Positions 47,961-60,106 of a stretch of 64,000 bases of DNA are shown piece after piece. Origin of the DNA: Marsupella aquatica. Lineage: Eukaryota > Plantae > Marchantiophyta. Made by a program: the position numbers and the translations under genes. A model generated the notes under the pieces. It was not told where the DNA came from. It worked only from the letters and a program-made list of their open reading frames with translations, and searched no databases. Location: contig OZ316893.1 of assembly GCA_973895155.1 (NCBI GenBank), positions 17,887,836 through 17,951,835 of the forward strand. The letters run 5' to 3'. How positions within the stretch are numbered: position 1 is the first letter of the stretch; each line of letters begins with the position of its first letter.

Positions 47961-50900
47961 CACCATCCACATAGCAATAGTGATTCAGCGGTTATATCAT
48001 GGCTAGCAGTGTGGTCAACACCGGAGAGGAAGCTGGCGAATGATTAGGGAATACCTTTGGCAGACTCCACCAGGATTTTAGAAGAGAAGGGAGGATTTGC
48101 ATTGGCAGACAGCCTTGATGCTCGGTGTGACCTTTGAATGGGGGAACCGGATACTTTGGGCTCCCCGATGTCTCCTACCTAGAGGTGTGGGAATGCTGGC
48201 CCTTCCAGCTGAGTGAAGGGAGAGGAGGTTTTGAGAGACGAGATGAAGTTTTTTCATTTTGCCTCTTGGAATGTCTGCGGACTGTGTGATCCGGACCAAA
48301 AGAATGTTGTTTTGAAATGGGCCTCCAATTTGCGACCCCACATTGATGCGCTTGCCTTACAAGAAGTGAAGGCTGAGGCTTTCAGGCTGGATATTGCTCT
48401 ACGAGCAATATTGCCTTCCTTTAAGTATTACTACTCGGCTCCTGACAAGGGAAGAGGTGAAACTGCCATTTTATTGCATCCATCCTTTGGGGTGCGCTCA
48501 TCTGGCACCATTGATAGAGGCCGAGCAGTATGGATTCGACTGGAGCATGCGAAAGGTGATTTTGGTTTAATCAGTGTCTACGCACCTAATTCATCAGGAG
48601 AACAAAGCTTACTGTGGAATGATCTACTTAATATTTTACCACAGGACAGATGGATTATCTGTGGTGATCGATTTCAATATGATTGAAGACCCACAAGATT
48701 CTACATGTGTAACTTCTATTATCCGAGGTAGGGAGTTGGACCTTTGGCGACTATTAAAGCTTAGATTTGATTTGCAGGATGTCCAAGGAATTTTGGGACT
48801 GGTAAAGGGTTCCAACTTCACTTGGAGGAGGGTTCGCTATGGGCGCATTATTCAGTCTCGACTTGACCGTTTTTACCTTAGCAAAAAAGGGCAGTGGATG
48901 GCGGAAATCATTGAACTTAAACATGATGGCTCTTATGCTTTATCGGATCATGATCTAGCTACCTTTACCTTTTGGATGACCCCTCTCTACGATACGGAGC
49001 TGATTACTTGCAGAGCCACTTACTTTAAAGCAAACCCAACGATTCTAAGAAAAACTGAGAATATCGAAACTCTAGCAGAGGCATGGAAGGATGGGCAGGA
49101 AAGTAGGATGGATGCACATTTGAAGTTTGCCAATGCATTTCAGAGGCTGAGACGAAGCTTCATGGAATTACAATACTCTCCGGTCCCGTGGGATGAAGAA
49201 ATGGTGAGAGTAAGGAATAAACTTTGCTTGCTGAAAATTGCAATCATGGATGATTACTCCGAAGATACTATACAAGATTTTGCTTGTACTGATCAGTGCG
49301 TACGTGAAATGGAATTAGAAGAGGCCCATCATCATCAACATCTGTCTAGAATAACGTGGCTGGGACAGGGAGAGGAACCTTCTAAGTTTTACTTTTCAAT
49401 GGTAAAGGCTAAAAGAGTAAGAGAAAATATGGAATATCTGATCACTGAGGAAGGGAGGGAGATACGAGAGGAGAAATTGATACTGATGGAGGCTCGGGGG
49501 GTTAACTAAGTGTATATTTTGGGGTACCACGTGCGATCCTAGCTTAATATAAATAGACCTATTTTATAAAGAAAATATTCCAAGAATATTCTCTATTGTC
49601 AATATTAATAACCTATTTTACTTTATAAAAGGTATATATTAAAGAATATTCTATAAACATGAGTTTATAATACCTTCTTTTGCCTCCTACGCTTTTTAAA
49701 AATTTAGTTAAAATATGCCAAAAATACCTATTTTGGATCGCACGTGGTTCCTAAGATTTTTGATAGTCAACCCCCCGAGGATGGAGGTACAACGACATTG
49801 CCAGGCATTGTACACCCCACCGGTAGTGAATAACGAGGAGCTGAGAAAAATGCATGTGGCCAGAGACAGATTATGTCAACACACTCACTTCGCTCTGCCT
49901 ACTGCGGAGATCCGAAGGCTGGAGAGGCTGCCTACTATGGAAGAGTTACATGAGACACTGAGATTACTACCAGGAGATAAGGCACCAGGAATAGATGGCA
50001 TGACCGCTGAGGTCCTACGTGCTTGCTGGGCCTTCATGAAAGAAAATTTCTTTGAAATGGTGTGCGATTTTTGGAGGACCGGTAACATCGCTTTTGGAAT
50101 CAAAGAGGAAGTGATCCAGTTCATTCCCAAGAAAATTGACAAAAGAAGATTGGGAGATTGGAGAGGGTTAACTATGCTCACAACTACATACAAGGTGATT
50201 GCTAAGTTACTTGCTCTGCAACTCAAGATACTACTACCTAGATTGATTAGTCCATAGTAGACGGGATTCATCCTGGGGCGACACATTTTGGAAAATATTT
50301 CCCTTACCTGGCTAGCAAGCGACTGGATTAATCTTACGCAAACTCCCACTCTATTTCTACAACTCGATTTTGAAAAGGCCTTTGATAGGGTAGATCATTC
50401 CTATATCTGGGAGACGATGAACTTACTAGGAATAGGGTCTCCTTTCATCTTTCTGGTTCGATCTTTACTTAGCAATGGACTATCCAAACCGTTAGTGAAT
50501 GGATTGTGGACGGAGGAAATTGGTACGAGCCGGGGTGTGAGACAGGGATGCCCTCTCTCCCCGCTGCTGTTTGCTATCTCCACGCAACCATTTATGGATT
50601 TCTGTAATGCAGAGATCGCTGCTGGTAGATTGCAGGGTCTTAGGATTAATTCTTCTTTACACATATGCTTTAGATTGTTTGCGGATGATGTAGGATTTTT
50701 CATTCCAACCACTGTTGAAGCTTTTGACTAGGTGAAGGAGGCGATTAGTTGTTACAAAACGGCCTCAGGAGCCAGACTGAATCTGAAAAAATCTGTGATC
50801 ATCCCATTTGCTTTGGAGGTGATTTCGGAGTGGCTTAGAAACACCAGATGCAAAATTAGCAAAAAAGGTATGGTGTAGTGCTACCTCGGAGCACCCTTCG

Positions 50901-52783
50901 GAGTGGACCTGTTGGAAGCACAGCTGCATAAATTTTGTCTAGATAAAATTGGGGCGAGGCTATCATCGTGGTCCACCAGATTTTTATTGTTCACATGACG
51001 TTTACTACTGATAAAACACGTCTTACAGGCTATTCCAATTTATCACATGATGTTTATACAATCATTAGGGGAGCTAGCTAAGAAGATGACAATTCTGAAT
51101 AGAACTTTTCTATGGGGAAGTAACCATCTCGGAGGACGTCGAATACCATTGGTGGCGTGGGAGAAGATGACACGACCTAAACTAGAGGGGGGACTTGGAT
51201 TGAAGGAATTTAGAAGTCATTTTGATGCCTTGTTGTGCAAATGGTTTACTAGGGCACTGGATGACCCGAATTTTGAATGGGCCAAAATGTATGCGGCGAA
51301 TCTCAGACTGACAAAGTGGCAAAATTACAAGACTATGAGGAGGAATCACTATTCCATGACGGATCTGCTACTACTGAGTACCCCAAGATCTTTTGGTAAA
51401 TTGGCATATACTAGAAAGCTTTGGGGTGCATGGGCAAAGGTACGAGAATACTTTATTTTTTGCCCTGGCACAGGCTCTATTCCAGGGAATTGGGGCATTG
51501 AGGACACGATACGTTGCTTGCACGGTTTTACCATCTGCCCGAGAAGGATATCACAGAGATTGTCCAAATCTTTGGCCGATTGGGAATTCGGACCACACGG
51601 GACCTCTGGTCTACAGTGGACAATAGATGGAAAGACATGTCAGGAAAATTACAAAGATTGAGAGGATTCACCATCACTGGCCAAGCACACAACGCATTAC
51701 TTCTGCAAAATCTTACTGAAGCCAGGATTGAAAGCAGCGCACCACTGGCGGATGCCTGCCTTTGGAGATGGACAGATTTAGCTGCGAGGATGAGGAATTT
51801 TGGATTATCCAATATGAGGGTATATGAGATGCTACGACCCAAGGGCACAGACTCGGATCGATTAAACCGAATATGGACAGAAGCACTTACAGAGATGGAG
51901 TGGAGAGGCATTTGGAAAGTGTTGTGGAGATCAGACCTTTCTATGAGAGGGAAAGTTTTCATTTGGCGTGTTCTAGCACAAGGATTATTCTCGGGATCAA
52001 GGGCATTGAAGATTGAGAAATCTAATGGTCATTGTCTGCTCTGTGACAACATGTTAGAAACCATCTCGCATCTATTCTGTCACTACCGTCATGCACGATA
52101 TTGTTGGATTGAAGCTAAAACTTGGATGAACGGGGATCTCATTGGTACTTATCTGAGCATCATTGGGCTGCTGAGATCATTTCAAGGTCGCACAGTGTTA
52201 CACTCACTCAGGGCATTTATAATTTGCCAGATTGTATGGAGCATCTGGCTTGCTAGGAACAGTCAAACCTTTGATTTGGCACAGCGACGAGTGTTTGATC
52301 AACTACATGTCATTTCAGACACAATGGATCATCTGGCTGCCATTATTGTAGCTGCCATCCCCACCTCTGACAGGAAAAGGAGTCGACTACACGCTACATC
52401 TGAAATGCTGAGAGAGGAATGCACAAGGCTGGTTAGGTCTGGAGTTAGAAGGCTGATAACTCGATAGGGGTTTTTTTTAATTAGGAAGTCTTAAGGTTCT
52501 ACGAGGATTTGCTTTCAGCTATGGACTTGCTATGAAAACCAAGTAGAAGCCCATAGAATGCTAGGTGGAAAGGACATCTGACTTATCCTTCTCCTGGATT
52601 TTAACTGTAGATTGAAATCTAAGGATTCTTACCAAGGTGCTGTTAGTTTGGCTTAGGGTCTTGTGGAAAATCTTTACTACCCTTGGGGATTTTTTTGCCT
52701 TTGCGGCCTGCTGGTTTCCCTCTCTGTGGGGTTCAAGCGGAATAAACAAAAATTTAAAATTAAAATAAAATAAAATAATAAAA
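47960..52783 (+). mobile_element. L1-type LINE with degenerate ORF2 (APE endonuclease, RT, zf-RVT)
   Basis: SWNVCGL, LQEVK, SRLDRFY, SDH; KAPGIDG, LDFEKAFDRV, GVRQGCPLSPLLF, LFADD; CLLC..HLFC. A-rich tail at 52741-52783. Confidence 0.95.
49493..49779. mobile_element. 287-bp MITE with 8-bp TSD
   Basis: TIR CTCGGGGGGTT(A/G)ACTA, 15/16 match. TSD GATGGAGG at 49485-49492 and 49780-49787. Removing it rejoins the LINE frame (LILMEVQRH). Confidence 0.92.
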
Positions 52784-55493
52784 TGTGGTGTTACATCGAC
52801 TACGTTGGTTGTATCTTGTTGACCGATTTTGCTGAGAAGGCCTACCAGCCTGGCAATTTTAGCGGAACGCGAGAGGAATTTGCTGAGATATATAGAAAGC
52901 TTTACCGATCTTATGTGCAAGAGAAATCCTTAAAAGTAGGCGGTGACATTTGGAATGAAGGGAATACCAAATTGGCGTTTCGGGAAGCATGGATAAAGCA
53001 AACAAAGCGGTGCGTGACAAGATTTCTCATACATCAGGAGAACATGAATGCAACAATGTTGAAACAACTACCATTGGCGATTAGATCTTGGATGGAGGCT
53101 ACAGGTAGCCTTAGCATGTATCCATGTGATGGTTGCATGCCTCATGGCAGAGTATTCTTGGATTGGGAACGGAGGAACTGCCCATGGTACATGGAGTATG
53201 ACAATTGGAACACTTTTCTCGAGGTTGCCGAGAAGGATAGTGCAGACCTGCTCAAAGAAGCACAGGAACCTTGTAATTACTACGATATAACAAAGTTGCG
53301 ACAACTATCAGATTCAGTAACGGAGGCAACAGAGGTGGAGACCCTTATCCCAACTGACCCTGCCTATGACGGGAAGAAGGCCAGAAAAGAAGGTGAACGG
53401 AAGGTTGAGAAGGAACCATCGAGCAACATCAGTCAGTCTGACTCTCTAACCAGTCCAAGAAAAACATCAGGTATTACTCGATTCCTTTTGCACTGCATAG
53501 TGGTTTCATTTGGAACTACATCTTGGCTGGGTTTGCTAACATAGTACTAAACCAATTTTGGGGTCGTTGAGCTATACTGCATCTCATCTCGGCGAGGCTC
53601 GCTGAGAACAAACAAGTTTCAATCGCATCTCGTCCGAACCCTTGGATCTCATCTTGGCGAGGCTTGCTGAGAAGAACATCCAAATGTCGTCCGGACCCTT
53701 GGAGATAAAGTATAACGTCCAGTGTCTATGGATCTCATCTCGGTAAGGCTCATTGAGAAGAACAACCAAATGTCGTCTGGACCTTTAGAGATGAAGTATA
53801 ATGTCAAGTGTCTGGATGTCATGTCGGCTAGGCTCGCTGACAAGCTTAGGATCAATAACCCCATTGCTTTGCAATCTATCCAGGTATGAAGGAGATACCG
53901 GAGGAACCAGGTTCTATAAAAAGCAAGGCTGTAGAAGTGGCTTCAAAGCCAATTATAGAGAAGGCTCCACAGCCAACAATAGAGTCAGCTACAAAACCAA
54001 CTGCAGAACCAACGATAGAGCCGGCTATACTACAACAAGGCAACCAGCAAGTGGAGCAACAAAGCGTGCAGCCTTCGACAGAGCCAATGGTAGACCAGCC
54101 TCTGGACCAACAAAGCGAGTAGCAACAAGAGCATGACGCATCCTAGGGAGAGAACGCAACCCAAGGAGGGGATCATTCAGATGACGTATGGGTAGATAAA
54201 AAAGGAGAAGATGAACGGGTAGAGGACGAAGGAGAAGATGAACAAGAGGGGCGTGAGTCTGATACTCCGGCGCCAAAATGGATGCCATTATCCTCAAGGC
54301 CGAAGACAAAGGCTGCAAAAAAGACCAAAACAACGAGGCCCAAACCTCACCGCGCAAAAGCATGTGACACTGAGCTTGAAGACATTCTGCCCAGCCCCAT
54401 AGAGCAACCCGGAGTCGGATGGCATAGAGGTGGTTGGAGTTTGGCGTTCAAGCGCCGATAACTTTTCTTCCCCGCTCAGGCATTGTTATTTTAAATGGTC
54501 TCCGTATCTTTTTAAAACTTACTTTGACGCTGCCAATGACAGTAAAGAACCGGCTGTGGTACTCCGTTTTAGAGACTGGTGCAGAAAGCTTGGGCGGGCT
54601 GGTTTGGCTGCAGAAGGTTGGGTAAAGAACGGGAAGCCTGCAAGGTCTGGTGCAAATCTGATTCAGATTCAAATGGGATTAGACACCCGCATGCACGCAG
54701 ATGGGAACATCCCATTGTGGAATTTGTTTCGGCCAGACGACCTCAGTCGGGTTGAGGATTTTGTGCAAGTTTTCCTCGATGATGAGGGATTGTTTGGCAT
54801 AGTGCACAGTGCTTCGGTTGCCCACTCCGCAGTACTTTGTGACAATCTCAATTACAAAGAGACCAATTGGGTGCTGAAAGACACCTTTTTCATCTAGAAT
54901 GCCACACCCACCTTCGACTTCACGACTCGAAAGCGGGTAAGTCTAATAGATTTAACTCCATTCTTGTCTGATGTTCTTTTGGTGACTTGTACTCAGAAAG
55001 ACTCATCACTGACTTTGTTATGTACGTCCAGAGTGAATATCTCAAGCTGGACCTTTGGGGATTTAAACCGTCTGCCGAGGTATGCCCAAAGGATGACGTG
55101 AAGCCAATCAATGTCGAGCTTGATATGAAGTTGAGGAACGGGCTAACTAACTATACAACGGGTCAGAATGAGACCATTGATGATTTTGGTGGCACCTTGT
55201 CTCCAGCTACACTCCAATGTATAATAGAATATACAACTAAGCCAGGGGGAACTGTTGTCACGTTCAATGCACACTTCGGGGCTATCTTTAAGGCTGGTGA
55301 GAACTGTGGGTGGATGGTCTTTGGGACCAAATCCTATCCGTACTTCAAATCTTATGCGTTAGACACGATGACAGAGTTCATTGGAGTGCCTCTAACGGAG
55401 CAAGAGGAGGCAATGGATCGTCAAACATCCAATCCAGAAAAGCGCAAGAAGAAAAAGCCTTCATGTGAGTTTACTACCGTTTCCCTTCAATGA
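52784..55493 (+). pseudogene. MTase-like gene copy B (ParB end missing at the LINE junction)
   Basis: WERRNCPWY matches WEVLHCPWY of copy A; IPLWN, FLDDEGLFGIVH, IIEYTTKPGGTVVTFNAHFGAIFKAGENCGWMVFG. Predicted intron 53471-53883. Confidence 0.7.
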
Positions 55494-55867
55494 TTTTAAT
55501 ATTGTCCCATAGTATTTCAGCGGACTCTCCGAGATGGCTCTCCATCTAGGAAAATCCATCTCGGTTGACGTCTTCGAGATGCATGTCGGCGGGCCTAGCC
55601 GAGAGGATTGCATCTGGCCCGGGCACTTTGAGATTTGCTGGAAAGTCCCTCTCAGCTGGCCTCTCCAAGATGCATGTCGACAGGCCTCGCCGAGAGGAAT
55701 CGCATCTGGCCCGGGCATATTCAGATTTCCAGGCAAGTCCATCTCAGCGGGCCTCACCTAGATGAATCCCGGGTGGCCTGGCCACGTCAACTTCTACTGG
55801 CAAGTCCACGTAGGGCCTTAGATGCGTCTGGAGGGACAAAAATACATCTTGGCTAGCCTCTTTGAGA
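53587..55867. repeat. Palindrome TCTCGGCGAG-S-CTCGCCGAGA in two clusters
   Basis: Copies at 53587, 53652, 53738 and 53822 (intron) and at 55584, 55650, 55675, 55742 and 55847, plus degenerate copies. Confidence 0.85.
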
Positions 55868-56057
55868 TCTATCTCAAAAGGCGACTCAATGGAATATCTG
55901 GGGTGTCCATATTGGCTCACTTGCCCCACAAATTTGTTCTTGTGATCTGTCTATTTCGGTGCAATACATGATTTGATTTAAGTATAACTTAGTAGCAGTT
56001 CCCGACAAGACCACCAAGTCGGCAACCAAGGAATGGGACACACAGGACAGACGACTT

Positions 56058-56312
56058 GTGAAGCTTGCTTGGGAGGAAGCTTTGGCATTATTCTCTTCGG
56101 AGAAGTCAAGCCTACCGTGCTACGCTGATACGTATCATGAAGAAAGAGTTGCTCATTGTGTGAAAGAGAGAACAAGGAAGACTCTCAAATTTGTCAATGA
56201 TAGGGCAGAAGAGGCTGAATCGGATGAGAGTAGCTCGGTAGGAAGTGATAGTGATAGTTTCCAAACTCACCATGCAAGCATAAGTTTGTCAAGCTCCAAT
56301 TTCGAAGAGTAA
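56058..56312 (+). CDS. Small protein or exon homologous to 19632-19944
   Basis: LPCYA..KFVND plus an acidic tail. Confidence 0.45.
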   Translation: MKLAWEEALALFSSEKSSLPCYADTYHEERVAHCVKERTRKTLKFVNDRAEEAESDESSSVGSDSDSFQTHHASISLSSSNFEE

Positions 56313-56411
56313 TTTTTGGGTGAATTTACCTTCATTGCAGCTCAAAAGCAAATTGAGCCACAACAACCAGTCGATGAGGCAGTGACTGCCTAGCAAGGAG
56401 TCAATCAGGGG

Positions 56412-57139
56412 GTGCTTGTGCACCAACGACCAAATCAGGGGGTGCCTGCACAACGACATCAACCCGCCATACTTGCGACCATAGTCAAAGAAGCATTGGA
56501 CCCCAACAGGGACCAAGATGAAGTCCTAGTCAGCCTCGGCGACTTAAAATTGAAGAGAAAAGATTTCAAATGCTTGAGGGCAAAAAAATGGCTCACTTGG
56601 GACATCATCAATGCTTACATTCCTCTATTGGAGCGTAGAGCAAAGGTCATTGCAAAACCTAAATGCATGCTTTTGCCCACACATTTTTACAATGTCTTGA
56701 CGCATCCTACGTATAGCTTCAACGCAGCGTTGGCATTTGTGAAGGGCATTGACATCTTTTCATTGGACCTCATTCTAATCCCATCCATAGGCCAAAACAT
56801 TGGGTACTAGTTGTGGTCGATTTTACTTTGCAGCAACTACATTTGCTCGATCCCATTGGAGGCAAAGCATTGGAATGCGACGATTTGGTGAATGTCGGTC
56901 GGTTTCTCCATGACCTGTCCCGCTTGCGCAGTTGTCCCCACTCATCGCCATTACAATGGCAACGCATTGTCCGCGACGATATTCCAGCCCAACCCGATAG
57001 TTACAATTGTGGAGTATATGTCATAATGTACATGGAGCGTCTTTCTAGAGGTTTTGTATTGGCGGTTGACCCTAAACATTTACTGCTTATACGACAAAAG
57101 ATTATTGTAGACCTAATCTGCCAAACGATCAGTTTGTAG
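56412..57139 (+). pseudogene. Ulp1/C48 SUMO-protease-like gene
   Basis: WLTWDIINAY, (frameshift) IHRPKHWVLVVVD, LDPIG, QPDSYNCGVY. The His-Asp-Cys triad and oxyanion Gln are present. Confidence 0.88.
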
Positions 57140-60037
57140 ATAGGGGATCGATGGATTGCCTTTGTGAATTCAACTGGTCCACCTCTTGTGCTTCCTCTGG
57201 AATTGAAGCTAAAGAGGTGGACTCTATGGCAAAGCAGTCCTTGGTCTCTTCTTTGCATTCTTCCAAGTCACTCTCCATAGGTTCTTGCCATAGTCCGCTG
57301 GGGGGTACTTCTGGTCCAAAGACACTTTCTTCAGTTAGGTCAGTGAGGCATTCTAGCCAACGTACCTCATCAGTTGACTCCAGTCCATTGTCGTACCCGT
57401 CTACCTCCCTGATGCTTCTCCTACGGTCATCCTTGGTGTCCCAGGATACTGTGATAGAGGGGGTCCCAAAAGTGAACTCCTTCTTACCCCAATCCTCTAT
57501 TACCTTGGCTAGGTACAACCATGGCCTGCCAATCAAGAGCCGGAATGACATAGGGTAACTTACCGGCTTCATCACTACATAGTTAATGCTAAAGAAGATA
57601 CCTCCTATCTCTATTTTGATGCCGGTTAACACTCCTGTGGGAATGCCCTGGTACCCATTTGCCATGTTCAACACTCTTCCAGTCATCTCCGGTGTTAGAC
57701 CCCACCCTTTTGCTATGGAATCAATCATAATACATACCCCTGATCCTCCATTGATGGGTACCCATAGTAATATTTCTCCTTGAATCATTAATGGTAATGT
57801 TGGGGCTCCTTGATCTTCTTCTATCATCAATACATCAGCTCTGGTTGCTACCTTGGGTAATCTTGGCTTGCCGAGAATGGCCTTCCTTAACTGTTTCCAA
57901 AAGTACGGGCTATTTTTCAACAGTTGACCTACTGTTGCTGAGACTCTAGATTCTAATACATCTTTAGCCAGGTCATAGGGGACTATCGGCTTCTTTGGCG
58001 GTGTCTCCATATTGGCTTTGGCCTGTTTTTTCACGCCAATTTCCACAGCCCTTGGATCCTCCGAAGCAAACAATGCTTTTGCTCGTTTCACATCCTTGGC
58101 TATGGCTTCGGTATTCTCCAGGGTTTCTAATTCTCGCAATCGTTCTTTAACACTAGCCGTAATAGAGGGGTAGAACAACTTAGGGTGATCTTGATTGAAG
58201 TCGCTGTCCTGTGAAGGATTGGGCTCACTGGTGGGCTCATGGCTTACCTGCGTTGCCGGCGCCTTTCCTTCTCCTTCTATTGATGTTGACGAAGAGTCGA
58301 TCTTCTCTTCTTTAACCTTCCCTTTGTTTTTGGCCAGCCCATCCCACCTTTCCTTCCTTATGGTGGATTGAGTAGAGACTTGGTAGCAATCATGATCCAA
58401 ATCCTCTTCTGAGAATGTTGATAGGGCATCGGCCTCATCATCAGATGGTCCAAATTCTGCCGCGGCATCCGTTTTCCATCCGAGTTTGACGTGGTTGATT
58501 TGAACTCCTCCTGGGGTAGTACCTCGCGGCAAGACCTTGACTGGCAAGAGTTTATGATTTGCGGCCAGCCCTGCCAACCAAGTAGGACATTGTCCTAGCA
58601 TGTGACCCTCCTGCCGGCATCCCATACATAGCTGAGCTGGTTGTCCATCACCTTGTTTGCGGGCATTTGGGCATTCTCTAGCAAAATGGCCAGGTTGACC
58701 ACAATTATAGCATGCCGCAAATCTTTGTACATTCGGCCTAGGAGGTACTGACGGATTTTGAATAATCCGAGGATACATCTCTCCCGGATTGTTCCTTAAT
58801 CCTGACCTGAGAGATGCAGGTCAATTGGATAGGTCTTGTGCTCCAGTCTCACTGATGCCGAAAACACTATCAACGACATCCCCTAGAAAGTATTCTACTT
58901 CTCCCTGACACGGTCTGATCTCAATTATATGCCAAACATGACTAGCAGTGAGTTTAGGACATGCATCTTTATGGTGTCCGGTTTATAACATAAGGCACAC
59001 CATACAAAGCTATCTTCCAGTACTACTTTCTTCTTTGGCTTTACCTCTGCTATTATAACCTTAAGCTGCTTGGTAAGAGCCACAATGTTATCTGGCATTT
59101 TAGCCTCTAGCTTGACTTTCAACTTCCCCCTCCTTCTGCCCTTCTTTTTCCTAGATTTTTCTTCTTCAAAACTAGAAGATGACTCACTCTTGCTACCTCC
59201 ACTATCCGAGCTTGAGTTATCACTTCTTGACTTCTTAGAATATTTCTTTTTCTTATCTTTTTTCTTATGGGGTGATCCTTGCTCCGATGAGCTGTTTCTT
59301 CCGGCTTGTGATATCTGCATTAATATACAATTGAATATCTCTAATTGCCTCGGCTAAAGTCTTTGGGTTCTCCTTTCTAATTGCAAAGCTCATCATCTGT
59401 GGCAAAGCATTCACCAACCATTGAAGTTGCATACCTTCAGATGCATTGGTCTTTGTACGTTTACCAGCTTTTGGAAGCGTTGCAAGAACTTCCTGAAGGA
59501 TTTGTTCTCCTTGAACTGAAGTCGTCCCAACTTCAGCACTGCTAGCTTTGAGGTTCCAATGGGTCGAAACTCCTTGACAAATAGTGTTTTGAAGGAATGC
59601 TAGATGACTTGATCTTCCACATTCAATGCTCTGTACCAAGGCCTAGCCTCACCCTTGAACAGGCCGGGAAGAATTTGCATCTTAATGGCTGATTCTCCAT
59701 TTGTTGCAGCGGTTCCTTCGAAGTCATCCAACCATTCATCTGGATCCTCATCTCCTCTCCCATGAAATACCTTGTAATGAATGCACGACCATTGGCTCAG
59801 TCTGGTTCCTGGCCTCTCTTCTGGCCGTGCCTCCGGTTCCCCCATGTCGGTTGGGGACTCACTTCTACTTACCGACTCTTCTTCTGGTATTTCTTCTTCG
59901 ATGCCACTTTCAGTTACAGAGCTACTAGCTCTTTCTGCCCCTCTCAGTCATTGCGTATCATGCCACCCGGCGAGCTGCTGCAGACGAGCTCTCTCCCGTT
60001 GAATTGCTCTTTCCTCCCTCGGTGTAGGTTCAGTCAT
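57129..60037 (-). pseudogene. gag: G3 gag plus protease, truncated before RT
   Basis: Close homolog of G2 gag (MTEPTPREERA, CYNCGQPGHFAREC); protease INGGSGV..LLIGRPWL. Confidence 0.9.
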
Positions 60038-60084
60038 TACCTACGCTTCCTTCCTAACTTCATATCTCACGGCTTAAGAAATGC

Positions 60085-60102
60085 CCCCTCCATCTAGCGC
60101 CA
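60085..60102 (-). promoter_or_regulatory. Primer binding site of G3
   Basis: Same 18-mer as in G1 and G2, 4 nt from the LTR terminus at 60107. Confidence 0.85.
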
Positions 60103-60106
60103 AAAA

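Noticed and set aside
53581-53845. CRISPR-like array
   Set aside because: The spacers are themselves repeated and degenerate, no cas genes are present, and the context is a eukaryotic intron.
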